DNA from: an uncultured Methanoregulaceae archaeon
Lineage (GTDB): Archaea; Halobacteriota; Methanomicrobia; Methanomicrobiales; Methanospirillaceae
Reading direction: 5' to 3'
Assembly: GCA_963717525.1 (NCBI GenBank)
Contig: OY970343.1
Coordinates: forward strand, 1,792,001-1,856,000
DNA: 64,000 nt
Shown here piece after piece: positions 33,293-43,078 of the stretch. Under the pieces are notes generated by a model. It had not been told where the DNA came from. It saw only the letters and a list, made by a program, of their open reading frames with translations, and did not search any database. Positions within the stretch are counted from its first letter, which is position 1. Each line of letters begins with the position of its first letter. The position numbers and the translations under genes were made by a program.

Positions 33293-33946
33293 GTGTCCAT
33301 CGTGGAGGAAATTGCCCGTGAAGTGGAAAAACTGATCAGGCTCGCAGTGGAGCGGGGAGCGCATGCACAGCAGATTGCCACAGGAGATATCGTCGTTGCG
33401 CAGTGGGTGAGATTCAAGTGCCGTTACGGATGCAAAGGCTACGGGAAGCACTTCGGCTGCCCGCCCTACGCCCCGTCACCGGAAGAGACCCGGCGGATGG
33501 TAGGAGAATACACAACGGCGCTGCTGATTCGCTTTGACGGGGTCCCGGGCCACGGGGCATTCGGGCCGGATGATATCCCCGACGATTTCCACCCGTACTT
33601 CCGCGATCTTATCCTCTGGGTGAACGGGACCGTTCATTTCCTTGAAAAGACCGCGTTCTACGACGGGTTCTACAAGGCATTCGGCTTTGGCGGGTATCCC
33701 TGCATCTGGTGCGAACACCAGCACTGCGTCGCGGAGGAGGCAGAGGGTGTGGTGGATGAGAGCCTTCGCCGGAAATGCCGGCACATGGACATGGTCAGGC
33801 CCAGCATGGAGGCGGCAGGGATGGACGTGTTTGCGACGGCAAAAAACGCGGGCTGGGACCTGCATACGATCTCGTGCAAAAACATGGAGTACGGGAAGAT
33901 CGTCAACAGCGATGTGCACTCGGTCGGGCTTGTGCTCATCGAATAA
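33293..33946 (+). CDS. DUF2284 predicted metal-binding protein
   Basis: KCRYGC..YG....CPP, CIWC and RPSMEAAGMDV. Confidence 0.85.
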   Translation: MSIVEEIAREVEKLIRLAVERGAHAQQIATGDIVVAQWVRFKCRYGCKGYGKHFGCPPYAPSPEETRRMVGEYTTALLIRFDGVPGHGAFGPDDIPDDFHPYFRDLILWVNGTVHFLEKTAFYDGFYKAFGFGGYPCIWCEHQHCVAEEAEGVVDESLRRKCRHMDMVRPSMEAAGMDVFATAKNAGWDLHTISCKNMEYGKIVNSDVHSVGLVLIE

Positions 33947-33948
33947 CG

Positions 33949-35094
33949 TCAGTGGCCTGCACGGATTCGGTGAGGGGGGGGCCCGTGACGGCGGCCCCTT
34001 CCTGTAAATCCGCGTGAAAGCGAGCCGGAGTATTTCGCAGCAAACGAACCCACAAGGGAAGTCACAATCACCATCACGGCAATGGTGGCAGCAACGGGGG
34101 GAGACCCGTAGAGAGCGGCGAGCGCGATGGAGAACTCACCACGCCCAATCGTGTTTCCCCAGATCTCAAGGCCGGATCTCGCGGATCCATAGAGCGCGAG
34201 GCCGGTCAGCACACCGGAGATCAGCTTGCTTGCGATGGCAAGTACGCAGATGATCGCGATCACACCGAAGCTTACGCTGCCGGACAGGTTGATGGTGATC
34301 CCGAAAAAGACAAAGAAGATCACCATGAAGACATCCTTGAACGGCCGGGCATGCTGCTCAAATGCATCCGGGTCGGTAGTCGCAAACGCAGCCCCAAGGG
34401 CGATCACCATCAGGGTGTCAGGGACACCGAGGAAGAGGGCGAAGCCCGCTGTCGCAACCACCGCCACGAACGTGAAAAGAACCGGCAGCTCATCATCGCG
34501 TTCGAGGATCGAGACCAGGAATTCCTTGCCATAATGGGCGAGCGCGTACATGATCCCAAGGCCGGCGAGGATCTCCACCGCAAAGAGGAGAAGGTTCTCG
34601 TTACCGGCCGAAAGAATTGCAAGGATGACGATCAGCACAAGGTCTTCAAAGACCATAAGCCAGATGATGGTCCCCGACTCCCGGATCATCAGTTTCCTGT
34701 TCTCGATTAACGAAGTGACCGTCATCGCGGTGCTGGAGCTATAGAATGCAGCCGCGACAATGAGAGCCTCAATAAGCGAAAAGCCGAGGAGGTAGGCAGC
34801 AACAAAGCCGATGAACATATTGACGTTGAGATCGATGATCCCGCTCGTGAGCACCTCCGACTGGTTCTCGGAGATCTTATCAATTTTAAGGCCAAGGCCA
34901 ACAAAAAAGAGTAAGAAGATCAGCCCCATGTCGGAGAAGAAACTGCTGATCTGGTCGGACGCTACGATCCCAAGACCGGCCTGGCCGAGGACGACCCCGG
35001 CGATGATGTAGAACGGGATCGCCGGGATGGTCAGGTACTTGCTGACCAGCGCGAGCACGAGACAGACAAAAAGGGCGATTATGAGGCCTTCCAT
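33949..35094 (-). CDS. Cation:proton antiporter (CPA2, KhtU-like)
   Basis: About 12 TM helices; SSSTA, FEDL, FF..FG and RGEFS. Confidence 0.9.
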   Translation of the reverse strand: MEGLIIALFVCLVLALVSKYLTIPAIPFYIIAGVVLGQAGLGIVASDQISSFFSDMGLIFLLFFVGLGLKIDKISENQSEVLTSGIIDLNVNMFIGFVAAYLLGFSLIEALIVAAAFYSSSTAMTVTSLIENRKLMIRESGTIIWLMVFEDLVLIVILAILSAGNENLLLFAVEILAGLGIMYALAHYGKEFLVSILERDDELPVLFTFVAVVATAGFALFLGVPDTLMVIALGAAFATTDPDAFEQHARPFKDVFMVIFFVFFGITINLSGSVSFGVIAIICVLAIASKLISGVLTGLALYGSARSGLEIWGNTIGRGEFSIALAALYGSPPVAATIAVMVIVTSLVGSFAAKYSGSLSRGFTGRGRRHGPPPHRIRAGH

Positions 35095-35579
35095 CAATCC
35101 ACCATGATCTCGCGTTCAAACAGTCTGAGCTGGTCTGACTCACCAATTACCAGTACGGCATCGCCGGCCTCGAACACGAACGATGGCGGAGGGTTGATGA
35201 TATTCTTATCATTCCTAGAGACCGCGATTACAGTCGTCCCGGTCTTCGCCCGGATCCCGAGGTCTTCGATCGTTTTCCCTGCAATGGCCCGGGGGATGAT
35301 GTACGAGTGGATAGTGACCCGGAGATCGGCAAGTGCCGAGAACGCGATCTCCACGCTTTCCTGATCGGCCTCGATAATCGCTCCGGTGAGGATATTTCCC
35401 AGCCTCCGCGCTTCTACCGGTGTCATCTCAGCCGCGCTTGGTGTGTGGCATCCCTTCTGGAGAGTGTACATCTGGATAGTGCCGGTTTTTGTAAAAAAGA
35501 TCGCGACCGTATCGCCCTTATCAGTCTCAAATTCGTATTTAGTACCGACACCGGGGAGGTTGAGGGATCGAAGAGCCAT
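35094..35579 (-). CDS. K+/H+ antiporter regulatory subunit (KhtT-like, RCK_C domain)
   Basis: LPGVGTKY N-terminus and GKTIEDLGIR.KTG.TVIAV.R...NP TrkA-C domain. Confidence 0.88.
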   Translation of the reverse strand: MALRSLNLPGVGTKYEFETDKGDTVAIFFTKTGTIQMYTLQKGCHTPSAAEMTPVEARRLGNILTGAIIEADQESVEIAFSALADLRVTIHSYIIPRAIAGKTIEDLGIRAKTGTTVIAVSRNDKNIINPPPSFVFEAGDAVLVIGESDQLRLFEREIMVD

Positions 35580-36023
35580 AGGAGAGATTAGAGAAGGGAT
35601 CCTAAAATATATTATGATATCTGCGGCTTTCCCGGGGTTATGCGAACATACCTAAAAAGGCATAAAATGAAAAGGGTGCGGGTGCATGGAAGGGTAAGAG
35701 GGTCCCGCTCATGCATCAGACTCAGATCTCTTTCAAGGTTTTTGGTATGAGAGGCCGGGAGGACCAGAATTCGTGCCGGACTGGTGCCAGGCGCGGACTC
35801 GCTTTTTCAGGGGTTTGTCCTCCCCATACCAGATGTTGAAAGAACCGGTGTTTAAACCCCAGACCGGGCAGGGTGAAAGTGATCTTCAGGGGGCTACCGG
35901 GAAACAACCAGCAACCGGCAAAACAGATCATTTTTTGTCTATCTTGATGATAAATAATGATAGATCCGCGATCGTTTTTCGCGCTCATCCGTTCATTCTG
36001 ACAACAGATTTTGTGAGGAGTTG

Positions 36024-36908
36024 GTGATCATCGCTGAAATCCCAAAAGAGGAGTACATAAAAAAATGTACGTCCGCATGCGCCGGGTGCAGTTCGTCCCT
36101 GACGCTGCGTTATGTGCTGAAAGCTGCCGGGCCGGATACCGTTCTGGTCGTGCCCGCGTGCTGCACGAGTGTCATCCAGGGGATCTACCCCAACACCGCG
36201 ATGAACGTGCCCGTGTATAATGTCGCGTTTGCTGCGGCTGCCGCGTGTGCATCGGGCATGTCCGAGGCGTTTTCAGGCATGGGCAGAAAGACCCATGTGA
36301 TCGTGTACGCGGGTGACGGCGGGACACTCGATATCGGGATCCAGTCCATGTCGGGCGCCTTTGAGCGGGGCACCGATTTCCTGTATATCTGCTACGACAA
36401 CGAGGCCTACGGGAATACCGGTATGCAGCGCTCGGGCGCGACCCCGCTTGGCGCAAAGACCACAACCACTCCGACCGGAAAAACCGTGGAGAAGAAAGAT
36501 ATCGACGCGATTGCAGCCGCCCACCATCTTGAATACATGGCGACCGCATGCAGCGCATACCCGCTGGATATCTACAAAAAAGTTGCAAAGGCGCTCACGT
36601 TCCGGGGCCCGACGTTCATCCATATCCTTGCCCCCTGCCCGCCCGGCTGGCGGTACCCGACCGAGAAGACGATCGAGATAGGAAAACTTGCGGTCAAATC
36701 CGGGATGTGGGTACTCTACGAGCGCGAGCACGGGAAACTGACCATCAGCCCCCCCTCTAAGGCAGCGATGAAAAAACCGATCCCGCTCGAAGAATACCTC
36801 ACCCCGCAGGGCCGGTTTGCGGGCATTGATCCCAAATCGCTTGAGACCCTCAAACAGCATCTTACTGCAAACCTCAAAAAACTGGCCATTGAGGAGGCAG
36901 AACCATGA
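36024..36908 (+). CDS. porB: Pyruvate/2-oxoacid:ferredoxin oxidoreductase beta subunit
   Basis: ACAGC, GDGGT.DIG, YDNEAYGNTGMQRS and PCPPGW. Confidence 0.92.
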   Translation: MIIAEIPKEEYIKKCTSACAGCSSSLTLRYVLKAAGPDTVLVVPACCTSVIQGIYPNTAMNVPVYNVAFAAAAACASGMSEAFSGMGRKTHVIVYAGDGGTLDIGIQSMSGAFERGTDFLYICYDNEAYGNTGMQRSGATPLGAKTTTTPTGKTVEKKDIDAIAAAHHLEYMATACSAYPLDIYKKVAKALTFRGPTFIHILAPCPPGWRYPTEKTIEIGKLAVKSGMWVLYEREHGKLTISPPSKAAMKKPIPLEEYLTPQGRFAGIDPKSLETLKQHLTANLKKLAIEEAEP

Positions 36909-38017
36909 AGAAGATCGCAACGGGCAACAAGGCGATCGCCGAAGCGGTCAAACAGGCGCTGCCCAACGTGGTCGCGGCCTACCCGATCACTCCCCAGACC
37001 GAGATCGTCGAGACCATTGCGGATTACGTGACCAGCGGCCAGATGAAGAGCCGGTATATTCCTGTCGAGAGCGAGCACTCAGCGATGGCGGCCTGCATCG
37101 GCGCAAGCATCACGGGTGTGCGGACCTTTACCGCGACGAGTGCCCATGGCCTGCTCTATATGCACGAGATGACCAACTGGGCCGCGGGAGCGCGCCTGCC
37201 GATCGTGATGGCAAACGTGAACCGCTCGCTCGGGCCCGGCTGGAACATCTGGGCCGAGCACACCGATGCCATGCAGGAACGCGACACCGGCTGGCTCCAG
37301 GTGTATGTCTCGACCGTCCAGGAGGCGTACGATACTACCCTGATGGCATTCCGCATCGCGGAGCACAATGATGTCCTGTTGCCGGTGATGGTCAACCTCG
37401 ACGGGTTTTCCCTCTCCCATATCATGCAGCCGCTGGACACGGTAGAGCCCGGGGACTTCATCCCGCCGATCCACCTACCCCATGCCATCGATACGAAAAA
37501 TCCGACAGGATATGGCGGGCTCACCGGGCCCGACCAGCACTTCCGGTTCCGGTGGGAGATCGAACACTCGATGCGCGACGCTGTAAAAGTGATCAAAGCA
37601 TCCGAGAAGGATTTTGCAGGCCGGTTCGGGCGCAGCTACGGCCCGACCGAAAATTACCGGTGCGAGGATGCCGATGTTGTCCTCATCGCCATGGGCACGT
37701 TCGGTAAAGAGGCCGAGGTGGCCATCGATATCCTGCGAAAGGAGGGCATAAAGGCCGGCTCGATGCGCCTGCGCTGGTTCCGGCCGTTCCCGAAACTCGA
37801 CCTCGCCGGAAAGGAAGTCGTGGTTATCGACCGGGACTACTCGTTTGGCTATGGCGGTATTGTTGCCCACGAGATCATAGCAAAGAACCAGTGCGAGGTC
37901 TACAGCGTGATTGCCGGTCTTGGCGGACAGGAAGTGACCTACGACGACATGGCGGAGTTTGTCCGGACGCGTCGCATGGGAGAAGAGTTCTGGTTTGGGG
38001 TGAGCGGGCATGTTTGA
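36905..38017 (+). CDS. porA: Pyruvate/2-oxoacid:ferredoxin oxidoreductase alpha subunit
   Basis: AYPITPQT, ESEHSA, TATS..GL and GLGG. Confidence 0.93.
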   Translation: MKKIATGNKAIAEAVKQALPNVVAAYPITPQTEIVETIADYVTSGQMKSRYIPVESEHSAMAACIGASITGVRTFTATSAHGLLYMHEMTNWAAGARLPIVMANVNRSLGPGWNIWAEHTDAMQERDTGWLQVYVSTVQEAYDTTLMAFRIAEHNDVLLPVMVNLDGFSLSHIMQPLDTVEPGDFIPPIHLPHAIDTKNPTGYGGLTGPDQHFRFRWEIEHSMRDAVKVIKASEKDFAGRFGRSYGPTENYRCEDADVVLIAMGTFGKEAEVAIDILRKEGIKAGSMRLRWFRPFPKLDLAGKEVVVIDRDYSFGYGGIVAHEIIAKNQCEVYSVIAGLGGQEVTYDDMAEFVRTRRMGEEFWFGVSGHV

Positions 38018-38537
38018 GGTCAGGATCCATTCCCGCGGCGGGCAGGGTGGGGTAACGGCGGCCCGGCTCCTTGCAACAGCGGCACTCCATGACGGAAAGT
38101 ACGCGACGGCCTGTCCCTTCTACGGTGCGGAGCGCCGCGGTGCGCCGGTCGTCTCGTTTGTAAGGATCGACGACCACCCGATCAAGGTGTACAGCCAGAT
38201 CCGGGACCCGGATCTCGTGGTGGTCCTCGACGCAAGTGTTATGGAAACGGTCGATGTCCTGAATGGTTTAAAAAAGGGTGGCCGGGTTTTGATCAACAGC
38301 GCACATATGCCGGAATTTCCCGGGTACGCTACCTTCAGCGTCGACCTGACCGGGATCGCCCTCAGGGAAAAACTCGTGGTCGCGGGAAGCCCGATCCTCA
38401 ATACGCCGGTGCTTGGCGCGCTCGCAAAAATGGGGATCATCTCGGCTGAGGCGGCAAAGGCAGCAATCCGGGGGATGTTTACCGATGAGCGCAATGTCAA
38501 GGCTGCCGAAGCGGCCTATAAGGAGATGAGCGCATGA
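38010..38537 (+). CDS. porC: Pyruvate/2-oxoacid:ferredoxin oxidoreductase gamma subunit
   Basis: RGGQG.VT and YGAERRGAPV. Confidence 0.92.
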   Translation: MFEVRIHSRGGQGGVTAARLLATAALHDGKYATACPFYGAERRGAPVVSFVRIDDHPIKVYSQIRDPDLVVVLDASVMETVDVLNGLKKGGRVLINSAHMPEFPGYATFSVDLTGIALREKLVVAGSPILNTPVLGALAKMGIISAEAAKAAIRGMFTDERNVKAAEAAYKEMSA

Positions 38538-38794
38538 GCAGCAGTGCAAAACATGACCGGCTCGCTGTGAGCAGGCCGACAGAGGGCGCAGCAGGTCAGA
38601 CCGGTTCGTGGCGGGTTTTTAAACCCGTGGTCGACAAGGAAAAATGTAACGGCTGCGGCCTTTGTTCGATGTATTGCCCTGACGGCGCAATCGATGACGA
38701 CCTCCTTGTGGATCTCAGGTTCTGCAAGGGTTGTGGTATCTGCGCGAACGAATGCCCAAAAAAAGCCATTACCATGGTGCGGGAAGAAAAATAA
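38534..38794 (+). CDS. porD: Pyruvate/2-oxoacid:ferredoxin oxidoreductase delta subunit (2x[4Fe-4S])
   Basis: TGSWR..KPV, CNGCGLC..YCPD and CKGCGICANECP. Confidence 0.92.
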   Translation: MSSSAKHDRLAVSRPTEGAAGQTGSWRVFKPVVDKEKCNGCGLCSMYCPDGAIDDDLLVDLRFCKGCGICANECPKKAITMVREEK

Positions 38795-38965
38795 CCCCTT
38801 ATACAGGATTTCTTTTTAGTGAATTGTTTGACCGGATGCATACCTGAGAATTATTGCGGTAGAGAAAGGCCCGCTTTGGGGGAATAAACGGATCCTTCGA
38901 CGGAAGATGCAATTCGCAATCTTTTTTATACTTCCCATTAATATACCGCTTCAGGGTGCAGATCT

Positions 38966-39688
38966 GTGAGCGGCAGGTGTTTCGGGGATACCCGTGATCT
39001 CTTCAAATTCGATTTGGTACGGCATATGATGAAATCGCTGCCCGATCTTGCAGGCTTTACTTTCGTCCCGATGCTGACCGGAACTGAAGCAAACGGGCAC
39101 CGGAAAAATGGTGCAAAAAAAGATCTGGAGCAGGCGTATCGCACCGGAAAAGCCGGCAGCCAGAACCAGAAACTCCGGGAACATCTCGCAAGGCTCCAGG
39201 AAATCGATAACGATCTTGAGTATATCAACGGGATCAGCACATATTTCGATAAAGAGATGATCCTGATTGACATCTCCGGCGGGCAGCGGTTCACGAACAA
39301 TGAACGCATCTCCTATTTCCGGTCTGTGTTTGGCAAATTCCCCAAAAATTCCCTGATATTCATTGACCCGGATACCGGCCTTAAAGATGAGAGCCCGGAC
39401 TGCAAACATCTGCTCTATTCCGAAATAAAAATGGTCTGCGACCGGATGGACACCGGCTCGATCCTGATGCTCTACCAGCATTTTCCGCGGGGAAAATATG
39501 AGGACGCAATCAGGGAGACATCCACCCGGCTGGAACAATGCACTGGTTTAAACACGGCCGTCGTTACCGATAACGAAACGGCCTTTTTCATACTCACAAA
39601 AAACCAGAAACTTGAAGATCGCCTTAACAACAGCCTTGAATGCTATGCAGATACCTACCCGGCCCTCCAGTGCATGAACTGCGCGTAA
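38966..39688 (+). CDS. Conserved hypothetical protein (possible Rossmann/MTase-like fold)
   Basis: FGD.RDLFK.DL, IFIDPDTGL and LYQH motifs. Confidence 0.65.
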   Translation: MSGRCFGDTRDLFKFDLVRHMMKSLPDLAGFTFVPMLTGTEANGHRKNGAKKDLEQAYRTGKAGSQNQKLREHLARLQEIDNDLEYINGISTYFDKEMILIDISGGQRFTNNERISYFRSVFGKFPKNSLIFIDPDTGLKDESPDCKHLLYSEIKMVCDRMDTGSILMLYQHFPRGKYEDAIRETSTRLEQCTGLNTAVVTDNETAFFILTKNQKLEDRLNNSLECYADTYPALQCMNCA

Positions 39689-39715
39689 AGAATACAGATT
39701 TTTTGTCTTGCGTCG

Positions 39716-40117
39716 TTATGGGCAGGTTGCATGGCCGGAGACTACGCCAGCCGTTTTGCCACCGGAGGTATCCTCAGCCATATATTCGAGATTGAACCGG
39801 TACACGTGAGTGAAACGGCAGTTCCGGCACCGGACCGTGATATTGCGGCAGCTGACCGTCAGGTCGTGAAGCCCGTCAACACCACAGTTCCGGCACGTAG
39901 CCGGCACCGCAAGAGACCAGACCGGCCAGCGCCCGGGGTTTGCAAACATCCCGGCTTCGTCCACGTCCTCCAGGAGAGGTACGAAAACCCGGGTTGCGTT
40001 GCAGTTTTCACAGGTGACGTCGGCCCGGTTAGGCATAACATGGATATGCTGGTCTGCCAGCTGCCGGCAGTGATAACAATCGGTGTGGTAATTCGTGCTG
40101 ATGAACCGGTCGCTCAT
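39716..40117 (-). CDS. Hypothetical protein with four CxxC motifs
   Basis: CYHC, CENC, CRNC and CRNC form two duplicated Zn-ribbon units. Confidence 0.65.
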   Translation of the reverse strand: MSDRFISTNYHTDCYHCRQLADQHIHVMPNRADVTCENCNATRVFVPLLEDVDEAGMFANPGRWPVWSLAVPATCRNCGVDGLHDLTVSCRNITVRCRNCRFTHVYRFNLEYMAEDTSGGKTAGVVSGHATCP

Positions 40118-40317
40118 GGAGGAGTGTTGTGCATCCGGGGTATCATTAACCTGTCGCAGCGGGTACATCATGGAATGGGCGATATCGGGGAGACCGCTGG
40201 TTTACGCGGTTGTTGTTACGCATGCACCACAATTCAGGTTTTATTTTTGGATTTGCACAGGATTCGGCCGCGAAAAGGTAAATTTATTTAATTATGGAAA
40301 ATTCATGTGTACTCCAT

Positions 40318-40878
40318 ATGAAACTGCTCATGGGATTTATCATCATTCTTGTTGCACTGGTGGCAGTCACCGGGTGCACTCAGACCGCATCGCCTTCTGC
40401 ACAGACCACTACGGAAACAACTGCCCCGGTCACTGAAGTCACAACGGCAGCAACCACTGCTACCACCGTGGCACCGAGCATGACGGAGACGATGGTGACA
40501 AATGTGACGGCACCGGCAGAAAATGTGACCTCCACAGCAGTAATGACAACTGCGGCACCCGCAAATGTCACGCCCACGGTCACACCGGCATCCATGGTCA
40601 CGACCATCCACTTCACGAGTGCCGGTTTCACCCCCCAGACCGATATCGTCCTCCCGGGCACCGGTGTATCCTTTGTGAACAATGACATTGTGTCTCACTC
40701 CGTCATGACGATCGGTAATAACACCGGCGTGTTCAACTCAGGTGCAATTATGCCGAACGGGGCATTCCAGTATACCTTTGACGAAAATTCAGGCACGTAC
40801 AATTATGCGTTGGCAGATAACACGTCTGTCACGGGAACCATTATCGTCCAGGCATCGCCCTACGCAAATCACAGTTAA
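40318..40878 (+). CDS. Secreted lipoprotein with Thr-rich linker and cupredoxin-like domain
   Basis: VTGC lipobox, T/A/P-rich stalk, then GFTP..IV.PGT.V.FVN.D...HSV...FNSG.I...F.YTF...GTY.Y. Confidence 0.75.
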   Translation: MKLLMGFIIILVALVAVTGCTQTASPSAQTTTETTAPVTEVTTAATTATTVAPSMTETMVTNVTAPAENVTSTAVMTTAAPANVTPTVTPASMVTTIHFTSAGFTPQTDIVLPGTGVSFVNNDIVSHSVMTIGNNTGVFNSGAIMPNGAFQYTFDENSGTYNYALADNTSVTGTIIVQASPYANHS

Positions 40879-41242
40879 GTGCGAACCCCTTATTTTCTCT
40901 CTTTTTTAGGATTTTTCACAAAGGCAATCGCCTTATTCGTGATTCCCACAGGCAAGCCCGGGCGCTTTGCCTGGCGGGAGGGTACCGAATAGTCCGGGGA
41001 TGAAACTTGCGCACAGTGCACCCCATTCGACAAAATCCGGCCTGAATAGCAACGATAGCACCACTCCCGGTTAATTTTGTTACCTAAGATCCGCCCTGCC
41101 CTTGAAAATGACACAGTGGAGAATGTGGTTCCGTACGGAGAATCCCGGTTTGCTAAAACCCTGAAAAAGTATTTCCGGCAACTGAAATGATTGCTGTAAG
41201 GATTCTGTTAAAAAAAGCTGGGAAAGATTGTTAAGGAGTGAC

Positions 41243-42898
41243 TTAATAGTCGCCCATGCCGGGCATTCCACCCATGCCACCCATGCCGGGGGGCATGCCA
41301 CCGGCACCAGGTGCCGGGCCGGGTGACTTCGAGGAAGCGATCACATCATCAATGCGGAGGATCATAATCGCAGCTTCTGCAGCCGATGAGATTGCCTGGG
41401 TCTTGACACGGAGCGGCTCCACGACGCCGGCTGCCTTCATATCGACGGCTTTTCCTTCGAACACGTTGAGACCGTAGTTCTTCTTGCCCTTCTCATGGGT
41501 TGCGCGGATCTCGACCAGCATGTCAATGGGATCGAGACCGGCGTTCTCTGCAAGGGTCCGCGGGATGATCTCGAGTGCTACAGCAAAGGCCTCGATGGCG
41601 AGCTGTTCCTTGCCACCGACCGTTGCCGCGTACTCGCGGAGCCGGAGCGAGAGCTCGGTCTCGGGTGCGCCGCCACCGGCGACAACCTTCTTGTCCTCGA
41701 CAACGACACCGACAACACGGAGTGCGTCATGGATGGCGCGCTCGAGCTCGTCGACGACGTGCTCAGTGCCACCCTTGACGATGATGGAGACCGCCTTCGG
41801 GTTCTTGCACTGCTCGACAAAGGTCATCTCCTCTCCGGAAACCTTGCGCTCCTCGACAAGGCCGGCATGGCCGAGTTCTTCCTTGCTGATCGCGTCGATG
41901 CTGGAGACGAGGCTGCCACCGGTTGCCCGGGCAAGCTTCTCCATGTCGCTCTTCTTGACACGGCGGACGGCGAATATACCGGCCTTTGCAAGGTAGTGCT
42001 GTGCGATATCGTCGATGCCCTTCTGGCAGAACACTACGTTCGCGCCGCTCGCGACAATCTTTTCGACGATATTCTTGACCATGCGCTCCTCTTCATCGAG
42101 GAATGCCTGTAACTGCTCGGGGTGGGTGATGTTGATCTCAGCGTCAACCTCGGTCTTCTTGAACTCGACCGCTGCGTTGAGGAGAAGGATCTTTGCGTTG
42201 GTGACCTTCTTTGGCATGGCCGGGTGCACGCGCTCCTTGTCAACGAGAACTCCTTCAACAATCTCGGAGTCCTCGATGCTGCCGCCGGTCTTCTTTTCGA
42301 CCTTGATGTTATCGATGTCGACGGTCCCGTCAGCGTCGGTAACCATGGTGACAGCCCTGACAACGAGGTCGCAGAGCTTGTCCTTGCTCGCCTCAGCGCC
42401 CTTGCCGGTCATCGCGGTGCCGGCGATGTTCTTCAAGAGCGCCTTGTCGGTTGATTTGACATCGAACGCGATGTCCTTGAGGAGCGCCTGCGCCTTCTCT
42501 GCTGCCATTCGGTAGCCGTGGGCGATAACCGTCGGGTGGACGTCCTGTTCGAGAAGTGACTCGGCCTTCTTTAAAAGTTCCCCGCCAATGACGACTGCGG
42601 TTGTGGTCCCGTCGCCGACCTCATCGTCCTGGGTCTTTGCGACTTCGACCATCATCTTTGCGGCCGGGTGCTCGATGTCCATTTCCTTTAAGATGGTGAC
42701 ACCATCGTTTGTGATCACGACATCGCCAATGGTATCGACAAGCATCTTGTCCATACCCTTGGGGCCGAGCGTGGTTCTGACTGCACTGGCAACAGCCATT
42801 GCAGCGGTGATGTTCATACCCTGGGCATCACGGCCGCGGGTGCGGTTGGTGCCTTCCTTAAGAATGAGAATTGGTTGTCCTCCAAGTTGTTGCGACAT
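41243..42898 (-). CDS. ths: Thermosome (group II chaperonin) subunit
   Basis: [16 protein letters not shown] and GGM-rich C-terminal tail. Confidence 0.98.
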   Translation of the reverse strand: MSQQLGGQPILILKEGTNRTRGRDAQGMNITAAMAVASAVRTTLGPKGMDKMLVDTIGDVVITNDGVTILKEMDIEHPAAKMMVEVAKTQDDEVGDGTTTAVVIGGELLKKAESLLEQDVHPTVIAHGYRMAAEKAQALLKDIAFDVKSTDKALLKNIAGTAMTGKGAEASKDKLCDLVVRAVTMVTDADGTVDIDNIKVEKKTGGSIEDSEIVEGVLVDKERVHPAMPKKVTNAKILLLNAAVEFKKTEVDAEINITHPEQLQAFLDEEERMVKNIVEKIVASGANVVFCQKGIDDIAQHYLAKAGIFAVRRVKKSDMEKLARATGGSLVSSIDAISKEELGHAGLVEERKVSGEEMTFVEQCKNPKAVSIIVKGGTEHVVDELERAIHDALRVVGVVVEDKKVVAGGGAPETELSLRLREYAATVGGKEQLAIEAFAVALEIIPRTLAENAGLDPIDMLVEIRATHEKGKKNYGLNVFEGKAVDMKAAGVVEPLRVKTQAISSAAEAAIMILRIDDVIASSKSPGPAPGAGGMPPGMGGMGGMPGMGDY

Positions 42899-42933
42899 AA
42901 AATTATCACCACTTTTAGCACTAAAATTGGTTT

Positions 42934-42961
42934 GTGGTTCTATATAAATATTCTCTTAAAA
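42934..42961 (-). promoter_or_regulatory. Thermosome promoter (BRE/TATA)
   Basis: Minus strand reads AGAGAATA-TTTATATA-GAACC about 45 nt upstream of the ths ATG. Confidence 0.65.
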
Positions 42962-43078
42962 GGTTCTGATAGGATGAAGGGACTTTTACCAAAAACCAAA
43001 CCTCCGATAGATCGCGGGACTTTTTGGAAGAAAGATAAAAGACCCGGAATAAACAAGAGAGCATATAGTGAAAAACCT

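Noticed and set aside
36021..36035. Non-canonical ATC start for porB (GGTGATC-ATC-GCT)
   Set aside because: In-frame TTG and GTG starts are adjacent and a base error is possible, so it cannot be supported.
41247..41320. GGCAT-type repeats at the thermosome 3' end
   Set aside because: They encode the ordinary GGM-rich chaperonin tail.
42875..43078. 68-aa N-terminal extension of the Ntn-hydrolase ORF as a propeptide
   Set aside because: It runs through the thermosome promoter, TSD and transposon end repeats. ATG 43079, which gives Thr1, is the more plausible start.
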